64,000 nucleotides of DNA from contig CM068769.1 in the NCBI GenBank assembly GCA_035084275.1, forward strand, positions 1,798,001 through 1,862,000, in the 5' to 3' direction. Source of the DNA: Hydrolagus colliei (Eukaryota). The notes beneath the pieces were generated by a model. The model saw only the letters and a program-made list of their open reading frames with translations. It did not search any database and was not told the origin of the DNA. Below are positions 50,801 through 64,000 of this stretch, piece by piece. Position numbers and translations under genes: made by a program. Every line of letters starts with the position of its first letter. The stretch's first letter is position 1.

Positions 50801-51457
50801 ACATTTTTGATTTACTTGGCGGAAATCAACAAAATGAGACAAACTAAAACGCAGTTTCTGAGAAGCTCACCGAGTAAAAAATAGTTGAGATAAAGCGACT
50901 GGGATATGAAAACTGACCTCTGCAGTGTGCCTCTGTACCGATACATTTATGCTTCAGCACATCACGGCATCAAAACAACTGGAAACCACCACCAACTGCG
51001 AAGAGAAAACAAAAGTTGCTTGTCTGTCTGTCAATCATTTTTGTATCATTCTTGCCTGCCTGCTTGCCTGCACGCCCCTTCGCCCGCCACACATCAGAGC
51101 AGTTGTCCAGAGAAATTCAGAGAACAAAGGCTCCGTGACACAAACTGTGTATTCATTCATTTTATTTTGATTGAATGTATGTTTGCTTAGTTTGTCATAA
51201 GAATGCAGTAATAACAATCATTGCATTTGATATAGCGCTGTTCACATCTCATGGACGTCTCAAAGTGCTACACAGAATACACTGTGAATTGATTCGATAA
51301 CTGCGGGCGAAACGCGGCAGACAATTGCACACAGCAGTAAGATAACAATCTGTCGAAGATTTAAAAACGGCACAAGATGTACTTCAATTGATTACCTCAA
51401 CCGAGAGGGCCAGAGACAGTGATGGAGAGAAATCAATTGAGAGATAGCCGCTCTGTT

Positions 51458-51494
<37 letters not shown>

Positions 51495-54400
51495 AAGAGA
51501 GAGAGTGTAAAAGGCAGGATGAGTATGAGAGAGAGAATGAGAGAATAACCTGCAGCTTGTGAAGGGAGTAGCTGGGAAAGCCGACAAGGAGAGAGTCGAG
51601 CCCAGATGTAATGAATGCATGGATTAGCGTTTCGGCAGTGTAGCTACGAGGTAGTCTGGCAATGTTGCGCAAGTGGTGGAAAAACATTCACCTCGCAGAC
51701 TTGAGGAACAGGGATCGATCTCGCGGAGACAGAAACATTATGCAAATGTGGATGCTTCACACAAATGGCCATGCTTACTTGCTTAGCTAATTGTAAATAC
51801 ATCGCACTAGCTCTCGGATTGTAAAACCGCATTAGAGTGGAAGTTATTCCACCATAACTAAAATATTATAACGACTCATTGGTCAGCGGAACGACAAAAG
51901 TATGTGGGATACTATAGTGCATAGTAGTTTTCCAGATTAGGGCCAATAATCTGCAATCAACCCGCTTGATAGTACATGATGCGAAACAATTTGAGACGTC
52001 TGGAAGACGTGAAAACCGCAACATCAAATGCTATAATATTATTAATATCACACAGTCAATATATTGTGTAGAGCATCATTCAAAAGGTTTTTGAGATGTC
52101 GCGAATATGTCTTCCCAAACTACGTAAAACATCTCTCTGTTTCTCCCACAAATGTGTCGTCAATTTTCCTACTTTCCTTCCCCCAACCACGACCCTTCCC
52201 TCCCTGCACTGGTCCCTACCTCTTTCCACTCCTTTCTCCGTTCTTTTATTTTCCCTACCCCGACAACTCCCGACCTGCTCTGGTCCCTACCTTGGGACTT
52301 TTGTTTAGTAAGTAAAGCTTTTTGTGACGTCGATATGACGTGCAAAACGCTATATAAGTTAAAGGATTATTATTATTTTTTATTATATTCGTGAACCTAA
52401 CAATTAACAACATCATCAATAAAATTACATTTGCAAAGCGACTTTCACGTCGAGAACACTCGGGCCCAAACACATATGCTATACTTCACACGAACCCTGA
52501 TCATAAGCAGACAAGCCTTCCCCTCCCCCAGTTTCTCGTTTATTTTTGGAAATTGACTTTGAACATAAACATAGAAAACTGTGAGAAGCTTAAAATGTTA
52601 AAATAGGTGTGATAAAGAGTCTGAGCTGTGATCTCTGTGTTTTCCCTGTAGGTAGATATACGTGCTTTTCACTCACCACATCAAGTATGCTAGGGACTCT
52701 TCACCAGCTTTTCAACAGAAAAGAAAACCTGCTACATTCATTATTTCTGAAGTCTATATTTGCTTCTATTTCCACGCGAGGGTATCTCTCACGCTATCTT
52801 TCCATCTCTTTATCGCTCTCTCCCACTCACCAACTGGCTCCATCTCTGTCTCCCTTTATCTTGCTCTCCGTGGTTGAATATATTTTTCTCTGTCTCTGCT
52901 TCTATTCACTCTCGCTCTCTCTCTCCCCATCACACACTCCTTATATTTCTGTATTCAGTGCTAATTGTATGGTTTTACTAAAATTCATAGAATTTACAGT
53001 TTGTGTCAAAATAATTTACATTTCTGAATAATGTAAATCGAATCAGAAAAGATCAGAATTAGAATTCATGATTCTGATTAACGATGATGCCAGTAACCGC
53101 TACGATTTTGTACATGTATCCATTGCTGAAACATTTGTATATTTATGTAATGAAATACTACAGTATGCTTCGACTGCAGAGCTACTATCTGCCGGCCTCT
53201 CTATTGCTTTTTGTGAAAAGAGTGAACGTTGATGCAGGGCCTGTCATGTGGAGAGGACGTCTCAATGCAGAGAACAGTCGAAGATTGGGAACAGAAATAA
53301 GAAGATGAGGATTAGGAGCAGGATTAGGCCATTCGACCCCTCGAGCCTGCCAAGCCAATCGACAAGATCATAGCTGAACTTCTTATCTACCACCACCTAC
53401 CCGCCTTATCCCAATATCCATTTATCAAAAAAAATGTATGAATTCCAGTGTTGCATATTTTCAAAGAATGAGCATCTACAGCCCTTTGTGTTAGAGAATT
53501 CCATAAATTCACTACGCTCAGTGCAAAAGGGCATGAACCCTAATTTTAAGATTGTGAGCCCTGGTTATAGTTTCTCCAACCAAGGGAAAATGTCTCCAAC
53601 TATCAAGTCTGTAGCGCAGAGATTTACAAGGCACCTTTCAAGTCGCGAGTTTAGCTGATAACCAATAGTAAATTATACAGGCAGTTGACAGAAGGTGCAT
53701 ATTAATTTAGTTAGCGTGAAATCTTATGCTAAAATATTTTTCATTTATCCAAGCAGTAAAACTCCCTCGGAGACACGCTTTTCCCTGTATCAGAACCAGT
53801 TGCCAATTATGGTATGTCTGCACAATCACAACCGTATCTACCAGCGATTCCCAATGATTGCAGAAGCTCTTCAGTTTAAAGTGGTGTTTTGGGAGCAGTC
53901 GATGCAGATAGGATGCACGGATTGGAGACTCTTGGTTTGATCAGTGAGTAGCAGGCCAGGCTGCCTGTTGATCTGTGCTCCATTTGTGGGACTGATTTTG
54001 TTTGAATATTAGATCGCATAAGTTTATAAAGTTGACATTACGCTGCTTTCATCCTAAAAATAATATCTTTAAAATATACACAATAATAAAAAATTATCCT
54101 TTCAACCCACGACTCATTATGGGGGACGCTGTTGTGCGCAATTAGCTGCCGCGTTTCGCCTACAAATATACAATCAATTCACTTTACAGTATCTTCTGTG
54201 AAGCGCTTTGAGACATCGAAAATATATCAAAAGCTCGAAATCAAATGCCAGGTTTATAATTACTGTTATCCAATCCCACCAGGCCTCACAGCTGTTGCCT
54301 AATTAACTGTAACGTTGGATATGTAAATGACGGGAATGTAAGGTCACACTTTGAATTTTAATCATAATATTTGTTTCCAAACTAGAGAGGTTGGCTGGAT

Positions 54401-55014
54401 GCAGGAATAGCTGTTATTCTCGCTTCAGAATAATAGAATGTGCCAACCGTCAGTAATAACATTGGTCATTCCCACCCAGGCTGTTTGTGGGACGCTACTA
54501 GAACAAAAACGAGTTGCTACCTGCACTCGCAGCATGCACAGTCACTTCAATTCATTGTATAATTTATAACGTATCTTGTCCTGTTGCTGAGAAGGACTAT
54601 CTGCCAACAGCAAGAATTATTATGCTCTTGGTTGCGGAGGAGGTACAGGATGAGCATACAAGGCCATTTGCTTCCCTAAACAATGCCGCCCCTACTACAT
54701 TAAACAAGGTTCAGCTCTCATCCTCTCTCACACACTGGTCTCTCGCATTCTCCATCTCACACACTCTATATCTCTCTTTGTCAGTACTTCTCCCACACGC
54801 TACTACATTCTCTCTCTCCCAACGCCATCTGTTTCTCTCAAAGTTTCAATAACTCTCTCTCACAAAATGCATCTGATACCCTCAGTTTACTACTATCTCA
54901 CAGACAATGTCTAGCACACAGGCTGTGCCGGTATCATCCTTCTTTTGCATATGATCCATTGCCTCTGCATAATGTCTATCATTTGCTTAATAGAACTATA
55001 AACGGTACAGTATG

Positions 55015-55355
55015 GTAATAATAACATAATAATCCTTGCATTTCATATAGCGCTATTCACATAGTATTGGCGTCCCAAAGCGATTCACAGAATATATTGT
55101 AAAGTGAATTGACTGTATATTTGGGAGCGAATCTCGACAGCCAATTGCGCACAGCAGCGTCTCACAAACAGTCGTTGATTGGAATGACCAATTTGATTGT
55201 TGTGGTATTTTGGGAGGGATTATTATTAGGCGTGTGGAGTAAGGAAACTTGCTCAAGGTTTCGCCCTGACCTGCTTCGATACGAACATAGGTCGCCCCAA
55301 CTTGTTCTCCCAGCTTGCGAGTCAAGTGCTCTAACCAACAAGCCACATGAGCTCC
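55015..55355 (-). mobile_element. tRNA-derived SINE, near full length
   Basis: Reverse complement of the head, core and tail seen at 24993. Confidence 0.85.
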
Positions 55356-56149
55356 GAAAATGTGGTGGAGTCCGATGCGATAACAACTTTTAAAAGAGAG
55401 GTAGATATTTATTTTTGGAGCATGGGTTTACACGTTTATCGGAAGAGAGCTGGGGAGTGGATTGAATTGCTCTTGTCGAAGACCCTGCATAGACCTAATG
55501 GCCTCCTTTTATGCCATAGTTTTCTGTTATGCTATGATTGCTCGCCTTTATTCCATCTAACTATCTATTCTAGCCGATTTATTTGGGCTTGTTGAAATCT
55601 CGCATAATATTAAAATACCAAGTAAATACACTTCCCCAATTTGCTCTAGAAGTTTCTCAGATTCTGCAGTTTCCTCCAGATGAATTCGAATCCAATACAA
55701 AAGTGATAATACTGAATATGTTGTCAAATTTCAACGGCTGATGTGTCGTTGAACCACCGTCAAGTTGTTAGCTTAGCAGCGTTGTCAAAAAGCAAGCCGG
55801 AAACGAACAAAGCTTCGCAACCTCCTTCAACTTCTCGCTCATTTGATGGATTGACACAAAGAAACAAACAAACCGAGGAGCTGAAATTCGCCAAAGATGG
55901 ATTATCTAAAACATTTGAGTTGTGTCTACTGATGTATGTGTTTCCATACCAAAATGTTTGCCTCAAGTTGACATCAGACCACTTAATGAAGCTTCACTTG
56001 CAGCCAACGGCTGCAAGTGAACAGCCAACAACAAAACATTCTTGTTTTTCTTTTTTTTTTGTAAAGCATTTATGTCTCTCTCTCTCTCTCTCTGTCCTAA
56101 TCTCTGCCTCACCCTTACACATATATGCACACAATGTTCCGTTCGCAGC

Positions 56150-56153
<4 letters not shown>

Positions 56154-56197
<44 letters not shown>
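56154..56197 (+). repeat. (CT)n microsatellite; other dinucleotide runs at ~21380-21405 (GT), ~29308-29335 (AC), ~51455-51500 (TG/AG)
   Basis: Directly visible. Confidence 0.9.
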
Positions 56198-56200
<3 letters not shown>

Positions 56201-56884
56201 CCTCTCTCTCGGTTCATCCCCTACAAGCTAATATATTGGCTATGCTGTATTTCGGACAGTTGTTAACAATCCCGTTAGTCCATTGCGGAAGGACATTTAA
56301 GTTTCTCAATGTGTTCTGAGACCGTACAAACTCAATTCAAGCCTGATCAGTTTTTTTGTTTAACTATTGCAGACAGTGTCAAACGGAAAAAAGATGATGG
56401 ATAGCTGAACATTTGTTGTGGTTTAGCTGAGCAGCATTACCAGGTAGAAAACACAAACCATATCAATCTGCCTGCTAAATGTGCTCACACAAGTAACTGA
56501 AAAATGAACATCAATATATAAGCACAGCAAAGAATTTCTGTGCTGGATTTTTAATCCTAACTTTATCTGCACAGAACCAATTTGAATCTTGAATACGCGT
56601 TACAATAGTTGATATTTAAAACAAATACTGCCCTTATCACGATTTGGAGTTGCTCTACAAAAAAAACAATTAATCAAAATGCATTTAGTTCAAAGGCAGC
56701 ACATTAGACACCCATTTCTAAGAAGTAGATAGAGTGAGACGAGTCAGCGACGTAACAAAATGAAGTCGGTCAGCTCAGTGGTAAGAGCATTCACATCGCA
56801 ATCTTGAGAGCATGCGGTCAATCCATGGGGAGATTGAAACGTGAGCCAGTTTTCGTTATTCCACACACATGCTTCTATTCACCA

Positions 56885-57375
56885 GCAGTAACAACAACAA
56901 CAACCTCGATTTAAATAGCGCCCTCCACGCTGGATGGCGTCTCAGAGCGTATCACAACAACGAATCACGAGACCGAACCAGGGGAAGGGGGAAAAAGGCG
57001 ACCAAAGGCTCGGTCGAAGCGAAAGACCTTGAGCTGAGAAGTGAAAGTGGGATAGGGTAGGGGGCGAGGCGAAAGGAGGGAGGAAGTGAGTTCCAGATCT
57101 TCGGGACGCACTGGCTGAAGGCACGGCCACAGACGGTGGAGCAGAGGATTTAGGCTAAATGAGTAGGCCAGATCCGGTGAATCGAATACAACGGATTCTG
57201 GTTTGAGTAGAGAGGAGATTAGAGAAGTAGGGAGGTGCAGAGTAATGGAGGGATTTGATGACAAGTGCGAGTATCTTAAATCGATCATCTCCGGAACAGG
57301 GAGCCAGTGAAGTCTGCTAAGGACTGGGGTAAAGGGGGAGCGAAGTTTGGTGCAGGTGAGAATCATAGGAAGGAA
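56885..57375 (-). mobile_element. L2 LINE 3' fragment
   Basis: PVLSRLHWLPV... with its own 3' tail near 56890. Confidence 0.85.
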
Positions 57376-57544
57376 CTCGCTTGTTCATCGATTATCGAAT
57401 TCCGGTGAAAATGAACACTCCATGATATATATATATTTCGATAGTAATAACTGTTTGCTCAGTGGATCCACGAATGTATGTGGCACAGTGTGATGTATAA
57501 TTTCCTTCCCTATTTGGCACTGCAAATACACAGCCATTACATTT

Positions 57545-58375
57545 GTTAGTATAACATCGGGCGCTGCCAGCCTCAACATCCAAGGCTGCACTCTCCATCT
57601 CACAAAGCCAATCAGGAACCTCGGCATCATGTTCGATCAAAAACTTTCCTTCCTCCCCCACATCCGCGCCTTGACCGGCACAGCCTATTTCCATCTGCGC
57701 AACATTGCCAGGCTCCGCACCTATCTTACCCCCCGCGCAGCCGAAACACTCGTGCACGCGTACATCACCTCACGGCTGGACTACGGAAACTCTCTCCTAG
57801 TCGGCCTCCCCAGTTCCTCCATTCATAGGCTGCAGGCCATCCAAAACTCTGCAGCCCGTGTACTATCCCGCACCCGCCTCTGTGATCACATAACCCCCAC
57901 CCTCGCCCGTCTCTACTGGCTCCCCATCCTCCAGAAGATCGAATTTAAGATCCTCGTCCTCACCCACAAGGCCTTACACGGCCTTGCCCCATCCTAATTA
58001 ACCGATCTACTCTCCCCCTACACGCCCACCCGGACCCTCCGTTCAACAGGACTTGGCCTGACCCAAGCCCCCCGCCCGAACCGCCACACCATCGGAGGCC
58101 GGGCCTTCAGTTTCTCCGCTCCCACCCTATGGAATGCCATCCCTCAATCCCTCCGTTTCACCTCTTCCCTTTACTCTTTCAAGGCCGATTTGAAGACTTT
58201 CCTCTTCGATCGTGCCTTTTGTTTCACCCCGAACTCTTTTACCTCCCCTTCGTGTTTCACCACTTCCCAAACACTCCCCTCCCAGCTCGCGTCACACGCC
58301 TCTTGTTTAGCGCCTTGGGACGTCCTCCCGACGTGAAAGGCGCTATATAAATGTAAGTTGTTGTTGTTGTTGTTA
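57545..58375 (+). mobile_element. L2 LINE 3' fragment with tail
   Basis: ORF 57629-57997 AYFHLRNIARLR...LVHAYITSRLDYGNSLLVGLP...LQAIQNSAARVL...WLP...FKIL; ends GTGAAAGGCGCTATATAAATGTAAG(TTG)n. Confidence 0.93.
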
Positions 58376-59961
58376 TAACATTCAAAACGATTCTAAACTT
58401 CTGGACGTTTTCCCGAAGGCGCTGCATCAGATATGAGGAGTTTTATAATGGATCACATTTGCGCAACACTCACACCCCACCCCTGTCATCACCCACCCAC
58501 CCCCAACCTCTCTCCCCCACACCCGATAAACCGGCCTCGTTTGCTGCAGACCTTGTAACATCTAAATACATAAAACCTACCTTGGGTGCTAAAGGAAACC
58601 TTGACCCGAACCATGGACATCACCAGCCGCCCCCTTATCCCCATCGCTGTGCGGTTTATTGGATGGAAATTAGCAGAAAGATTAAAACTCAAATCAGACA
58701 AACAGTGAGAGGCTGAACATTGAAAACACATAGCGAAAAACAGGCGAGGTGAAGAGTTTGAGGTGTGAAAACGAAAATGCGTGGGTTTCGTCACCACATC
58801 ACAGCAGCTACACAAGTTTTGCTGGCTGCAAATAGCAAAGAAAATCTCTGTATCTTGTTCCAACTGACTTTCTCTCCCCCCATGCTGGCTGGCTGGCGTC
58901 TTTATATCTACGTCTCTCTTCTTCTTTATCTCCCCCTCTCTCTTTCTCTGTGACTCTCCCTTTCACAATAGCTGTCTCTCCTTGCAAGCACGGTCAGTAG
59001 ACGCTTTCGCACAATCTCGCTTTGTCCATCAGTGACTCTCTCTCGTTCCCTCTCCTTCTATCTCTCTCTCTGACTGTCCCGCCGAGCAGCAGACTGCACT
59101 TGAACAGCACTGTATATTTTGCATGCGAAATGTTGTGGAAGTTTCCTTACTGCACACACACAAATGTGGACAGTCCTCTGTTTACCAAACAAAAGCCAGA
59201 TTCACAATTTTAACTCTAATGTTGGATCTCCAGATTCGGGAATGCAAACCTCAATATTACTGTCAATGCTGTGCGAACATTCTGCTGTGTTTCACTCACA
59301 GTATGGGCATACAATTCACTTTTCAGTATCAATAGTGTTGGTGTATCAGATGGAAGCATAATTACCATTATTGTTAATATGTATGACTGCGTATTGGTCG
59401 TGAACCATGGCATCTCCATAAAGGATTTGGGACGCTGTCATTCGTGAGGGACACTATATAAACGCAGGCTGTGGTTGCTAAATCAATGTAATAAGTGGTA
59501 TTTTTTCGATCAGATCAGGAACAATAGTAAAGGTCATACCAGTTTGAATCGCCTGATTGCAAGTGAAAGAAGTCAACATTTAGCGTTGCTACTTAATGTT
59601 GCCAAACATACAGTTACTTAATTCTACGTTATATTTTGTAAAGGTCTTTGAATGGCGTCAAAAGCAGGATGAACCATTTTATCAAATAAAGGATTGTTAT
59701 TGTTCAATAAAGTCACACTCACGCACTCAACCACTCAATCAGTTTATCTCTCGCTTAACATTTCTCTCACTCAATCTCTCTTTCTCAATCCGTCACACCC
59801 AATCTATATGATTCTCAATTTCTCTGTCACAGATGAGTTATCATGAAAGTTGAGATCAGCGCGAAGCTGGCAATGACCAAAGTGACGACGGGAGAAGGAA
59901 AGGCGAGTGAGATCACCTCGTGATCTCCAGCCTCTGAGCTACACTCTGACCGTGGCTTAGA

Positions 59962-62900
59962 CTATACCAGGGTCCACGTGTCTCGGGCATTCTCACTCCT
60001 GTTTCCTAACACCAGATTGGCGTAGGTGATATCAGCGACCTGCAAACAGGTTGACAATTAGCACATCTGCCGAAGGACAGTGGAAACCCCCCATTCCTCT
60101 TTCCAACACCGCACACCCACCGCTGAGAGGCCCCAAACCATAGATCCTGTGTGTGTGTTTGGCTGCGTGTGTAGTTCTCTCATTCATTCGTTAACTCATT
60201 CAGTCTCTCAGTGTTTGTGTGAGTGTGTGCATTCGGCTTGCAACACTGAAACTTGGATCTCCATTCTCCAGTCCCCGTTTGCTTGTTCGCTTTCCTGCGT
60301 CTCTCAACGACGTGATCAATACACTACTCTTCTTCGATCAACTTCCCACCCATATCCTACCTGCTTTCTGGATCTCCAAACCACAGCACAGGTCTAAATT
60401 CCTGACCGACTAGCGCCTTGGGATGTGCATACACAGATGCTGACATTTTCAGACAGACACATAGAAACACACATAAACGCACAGGCATACAAATATACAA
60501 CAACAACAATAACTCCTTAATCTTATAAAGCGCCTTTTATAAAGCGCCTTTCACGTCTTGATGACACACATAATCACACACATATACGTAGATGTAAACA
60601 CAAGTACACATAAACAAATACACAGATACTCACAGATACACACACAGAGACAACGTGCCATCCTAACCTGTGCTACATCAGTCTGACACTTAGCCTGGAC
60701 AAGGTTTTTTTCAGACTTAGACAGGGCGGCATTCGTATGACACAGAAACGGATCTGGGCTAACCCTGGCTGACACAGGGAATGAGCTATGCTGACAAGGC
60801 CTGAGCTGGCCTGATACAGGATCTGAATCAGGCCAAAATAATTATCCTGTCACCACTCACCTCTGGAGGCTTTGATCGTGGAGCTCTTCTCACTGTAGCA
60901 TCTGAAACAAACTAAAACGTTATTTAACATCAGCTATGTTGCAGTAAATCTCACCGGTAGTCATTAATAATATTGATGATATCAATACATAAAACTTAGT
61001 ATTTTTTAACGGAAATAATAATAATAACTATGCGACAAAGAGGGATAGAATATTAATTCTTGTATTAAGAATAAATCCTTATAATAACCTCAAACGATCC
61101 CAATGTGCTTCAGAATAGACGCGGTACAATGGAGAGACTGTATGTTCTCCCGATGGAAAAGGCGCTCTAGAAATTTATCGTTGATTCTATTTTTGCTATG
61201 CTATATAAGAGAGGGACATAAACATCCAAATTGCGAGCAATACGGACACAAAGACAGATAGTTAGACCACGTAAAGACACACAGGCAGATACATACATAC
61301 TCACAGCTTGACAAAGACAGACGGTAGTGAGACAGAAAGAGTGAGAGTGAGGCTAACAGAACAATAATATTAATAATCATCCTGGAATTTGATGTAGCCC
61401 TTTCCACATCGTCTTGAATTCTCAAAACGCTAGACGGAATATATAGTGAATTTTGTGAGCGAAACGCGGCAGCCAATTGCGCACAGCAGTGACGCAGAAA
61501 AAGTCGTGGATTCAAATGCCCTCTCATTTGGAGTAGTTTGATGAGCAAGCGATGGATATATGTGGTGCTCAGTCACACTGCTGACCAGGTCTGTCTGTGA
61601 CCGGCACCTTTCCTTCTAGGTTCAAACCCAGGAAACCTCTCACTCACATGTTATGTCGCTCGCTCCCGCAGGCATTCGTGAAAAGGAACTCAGACAGGAA
61701 AGAGGAATGAATTCACTGCTGTTTTATTCAAGAGCTGAGGTGTGGGGTTGTTTCGGCGACAACAAAAAATATTTTCTGTCAACTTGGGAATAGTGGATCT
61801 GACAGGATTGTTGCTGAATGAGCAACAAGGACATAAGGGGCTGAATAATCTATGCATTATAATATTGCGTGCAGATATGGTCTCAGATTGAAGGAAGGAT
61901 GTATTCGCCTATGTGAGGCGGAAGGCGGGTGGTGTAAAACATAGATTCACTAGGTTGGTAGCTGGGATGAGGGAGGAGCTATGAGACTAAGTTGAGCCAT
62001 CTAGGCCTACGGTTTGTAGAACATAGCAGAATCAGAGGTGATCCTATAGAAACCTATCAGATTATTAAGCGGCACAACAGAGTTGATAGCGGGAGACAGT
62101 TCCCCAGTTTGGAGAAAATATAACCAGGAACACAATATTACAATTATGGTTCAGCCCTTTCGCACTGAGTGACGGAAAAACTTCTTCTTTCAGATGTTCG
62201 TGAATTGATGGAAATCTCTACACCCAAATGGCTGTACATGCTCGGTCCTCGAAAATAATAGTCGGGGTAGGGGGAAGTGGAGGGAGAATATGAGAGGGTG
62301 AAGAATTAGGAGGATAACTGAAGGCACGGTCGAAGAGGAAGTTCTTGAGACCGGCCTTGAAGGAGGAAAGAGAGGAATTGAGGCAAAGGGATTGCAGGAT
62401 GGACTCTCACACGGTGGGAGCAGAGAGGCTGGCCTACTCCACGACCACCGATGGTGATGCGGTTGGGGCGGTGGACGTGGAGTAAGCAGTGCCTGCTGAG
62501 TGATAGAGATACACCATTTCGGAGGAATGGGCACGGGCAAGTCCTTGAATGGCCAGGAAGGTGTGGATGAGGATCTTGAATTCGACCACAGACTGACAAT
62601 TTTCTCGGACTCAAATTACGCATCTGGATAGCATCTGACAAGCTCATCGCTTAAAATGGGAACACTTGTTGCTCAAGCTTATTTCTGCTTGCCCAGTCAG
62701 GTCCACAGTTAGTGATTTGCCTTGCAAAATAAGCGGTACAAATACCTTATCATCAATGCCTGGCCTGGCCTTCTAAATCTTGACGGTGAGAGTTTTTGTG
62801 ATCACGATGGAGAGAGACCAAGGAATTGGCTCAGAGTAGAGAGCTCCAGTTTGGAGAGAGAGCAAAGGGAGATATGTTATGGAGAGAGAGGTAGAGAGCG

Positions 62901-63972
62901 TGAGCAAGGAATCAGATTAGAATAGAGAGCTTCAGTGCGGGAGCGAGCAACAACACAGACACGTTGCGGACACAACAAATAATGGGGTAATTGAAGCAAA
63001 GTACTTACATAGTGCTTTTCTGTTTGCCTGCAAATACAAAACGTAATAAAGCTTAAAAATGATTAAGTACATGTGGGGTATTGTTGCAAGATTTGTAATG
63101 ATAATCCTTCCCTTTTCTCCAATGCCAAAACTCTTCATAAGCGATCGTTGTCAATAACACTTCACTTTAAATAGCACCCCCCACACACATACATACAGAT
63201 AGAGAGCCTGTCACCAGCTTGACAAGCAATAGAACTGGATATGTAACCCTGCAGCACAACATTTTGGATCATTGTTAGCAATTCAATCGCCTCTGTTTAT
63301 CTAATAATATCAACAACAGAAACAACTGATCAACTACATCAGTAGGTACCCAAATTAGTCGATTTAGTGCGTCCATTTCCACCGGAAAATAATCCTTAAA
63401 AACTAAAAATGATAATAACAATCGGGTCAGTCAATGCACGGCTGTTGGTGAGAAACTGCTGTGCACAATTGGCATCTGAGTGAAAAAACACACGGTCAGG
63501 TCACCTGAAATTATATCCTCTGAATGTTGTTTGAGATGTATAGCAGAAGTAGTGAGCACAATATCGAATGGAAGAATTATTTCAGTAATTAACGTAATAT
63601 TGATAATTATTACTAAAGCTGGTTTTGTGGTATTACGATGAATATTATTAGCGTCACTATTATCATTATTTTTATCAATTTTTCTTTATTATCATTAGTA
63701 TTGGTGTCATTAGTATTTCTGTGATCTTTGTTGTTGCATTGTTATCGCAGTTATCAGGTAACAATCTACGGAAATGCACTGGATGGAAACAGACAGTGGT
63801 TGACTTCAATTATGCCTCTTCCTTTAGTTCCAACAATTATACTCTAAATTCCGTGACAATAATGAACATTCACCACTCTGATACACATAGAATCGAAGAA
63901 TGTTCGCTATGATCAATATCGCAGTGAGTAACCCCACTGTCAGTCCTGTTGTGTGCTTCCATGTCCAGTTTG
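59962..63972 (-). CDS. Receptor copy B (5'-partial): TM plus cytoplasmic tail with two ITIMs; ectodomain outside the window
   Basis: Exons 63874-63972 (99 nt), 63009-63027 (19 nt), 61648-61688 (41 nt, weak GAG acceptor), 60861-60901 (41 nt) and 59962-60039 splice in frame to NWTWKHTTGLTVGLLTAILIIANILRFYVYQSGKQKSTISFSRMPAGASDITYATVRRAPRSKPPEVADITYANLVLGNRSENARDTWTLV*. The TM, one 41-nt and the terminal exon are clearly paralogous to copy A. Confidence 0.8.
61890..62240 (+). mobile_element. CR1 3' fragment in an intron of receptor copy B
   Basis: AGAGGTGATCCTATAGAAACCTATCAGATT (RGDPIETYQI)...GAAAAACTTCTTCTTTCAGA. Confidence 0.7.
62240..62700 (-). mobile_element. L2 3' fragment
   Basis: GAATTCAAGATCCTCATCCACACCTTCCTGGCCATTC (EFKILIHTFLA) on the minus strand. 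Confidence 0.75.
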
Positions 63973-64000
63973 CTAGAGAGGGAAATAGGCAAAGTGTTAC

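Noticed and set aside
52630-52800. Plus-strand GRYTCF and KPATFIISEVYICFY motifs reminiscent of Ig C2
   Set aside because: The motifs are in different frames, on the strand opposite the receptor genes, and too short to exclude chance.
53695-53940. RFSLYQN (plus) and LC...NWF*YREK (minus) Ig-like motifs
   Set aside because: Isolated short matches with no supporting second cysteine, splice structure or RSS.
56885-58375. Head-to-head L2 fragments as a twin-priming inversion
   Set aside because: Each piece has its own 3' tail and they overlap in sequence, so they are two independent insertions.

Overview
Eukaryotic (vertebrate) genomic DNA, most likely from a cartilaginous fish. A holocephalan/chimaera is inferred from the SINE/L2/CR1 repertoire and is not proven. 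The left 35 kb holds ten T-cell receptor alpha/delta-type V gene segments on the minus strand, in four families (order A,B,B,A,C,D,C,D,C,D). Each has a recognisable 23-type recombination signal sequence (RSS). None is fully canonical: stops, frameshifts, a hAT insertion or loss of Cys23 affect all ten. Same-orientation CTCF-like motifs sit upstream of the V cassettes and at the distal edge of the array. The right 25 kb holds two tandem paralogous minus-strand receptor genes that the ORF track misses. Copy A is a pseudogene with the layout SRCR - LILR/LRC-type Ig - TM - cytoplasmic exons with ITIM and ITSM. Copy B has an open TM-to-tail path with two ITIMs, and its ectodomain lies beyond the window. 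The rest is hAT transposons, L2 and CR1 fragments, a tRNA-derived SINE family, simple repeats and one assembly gap.
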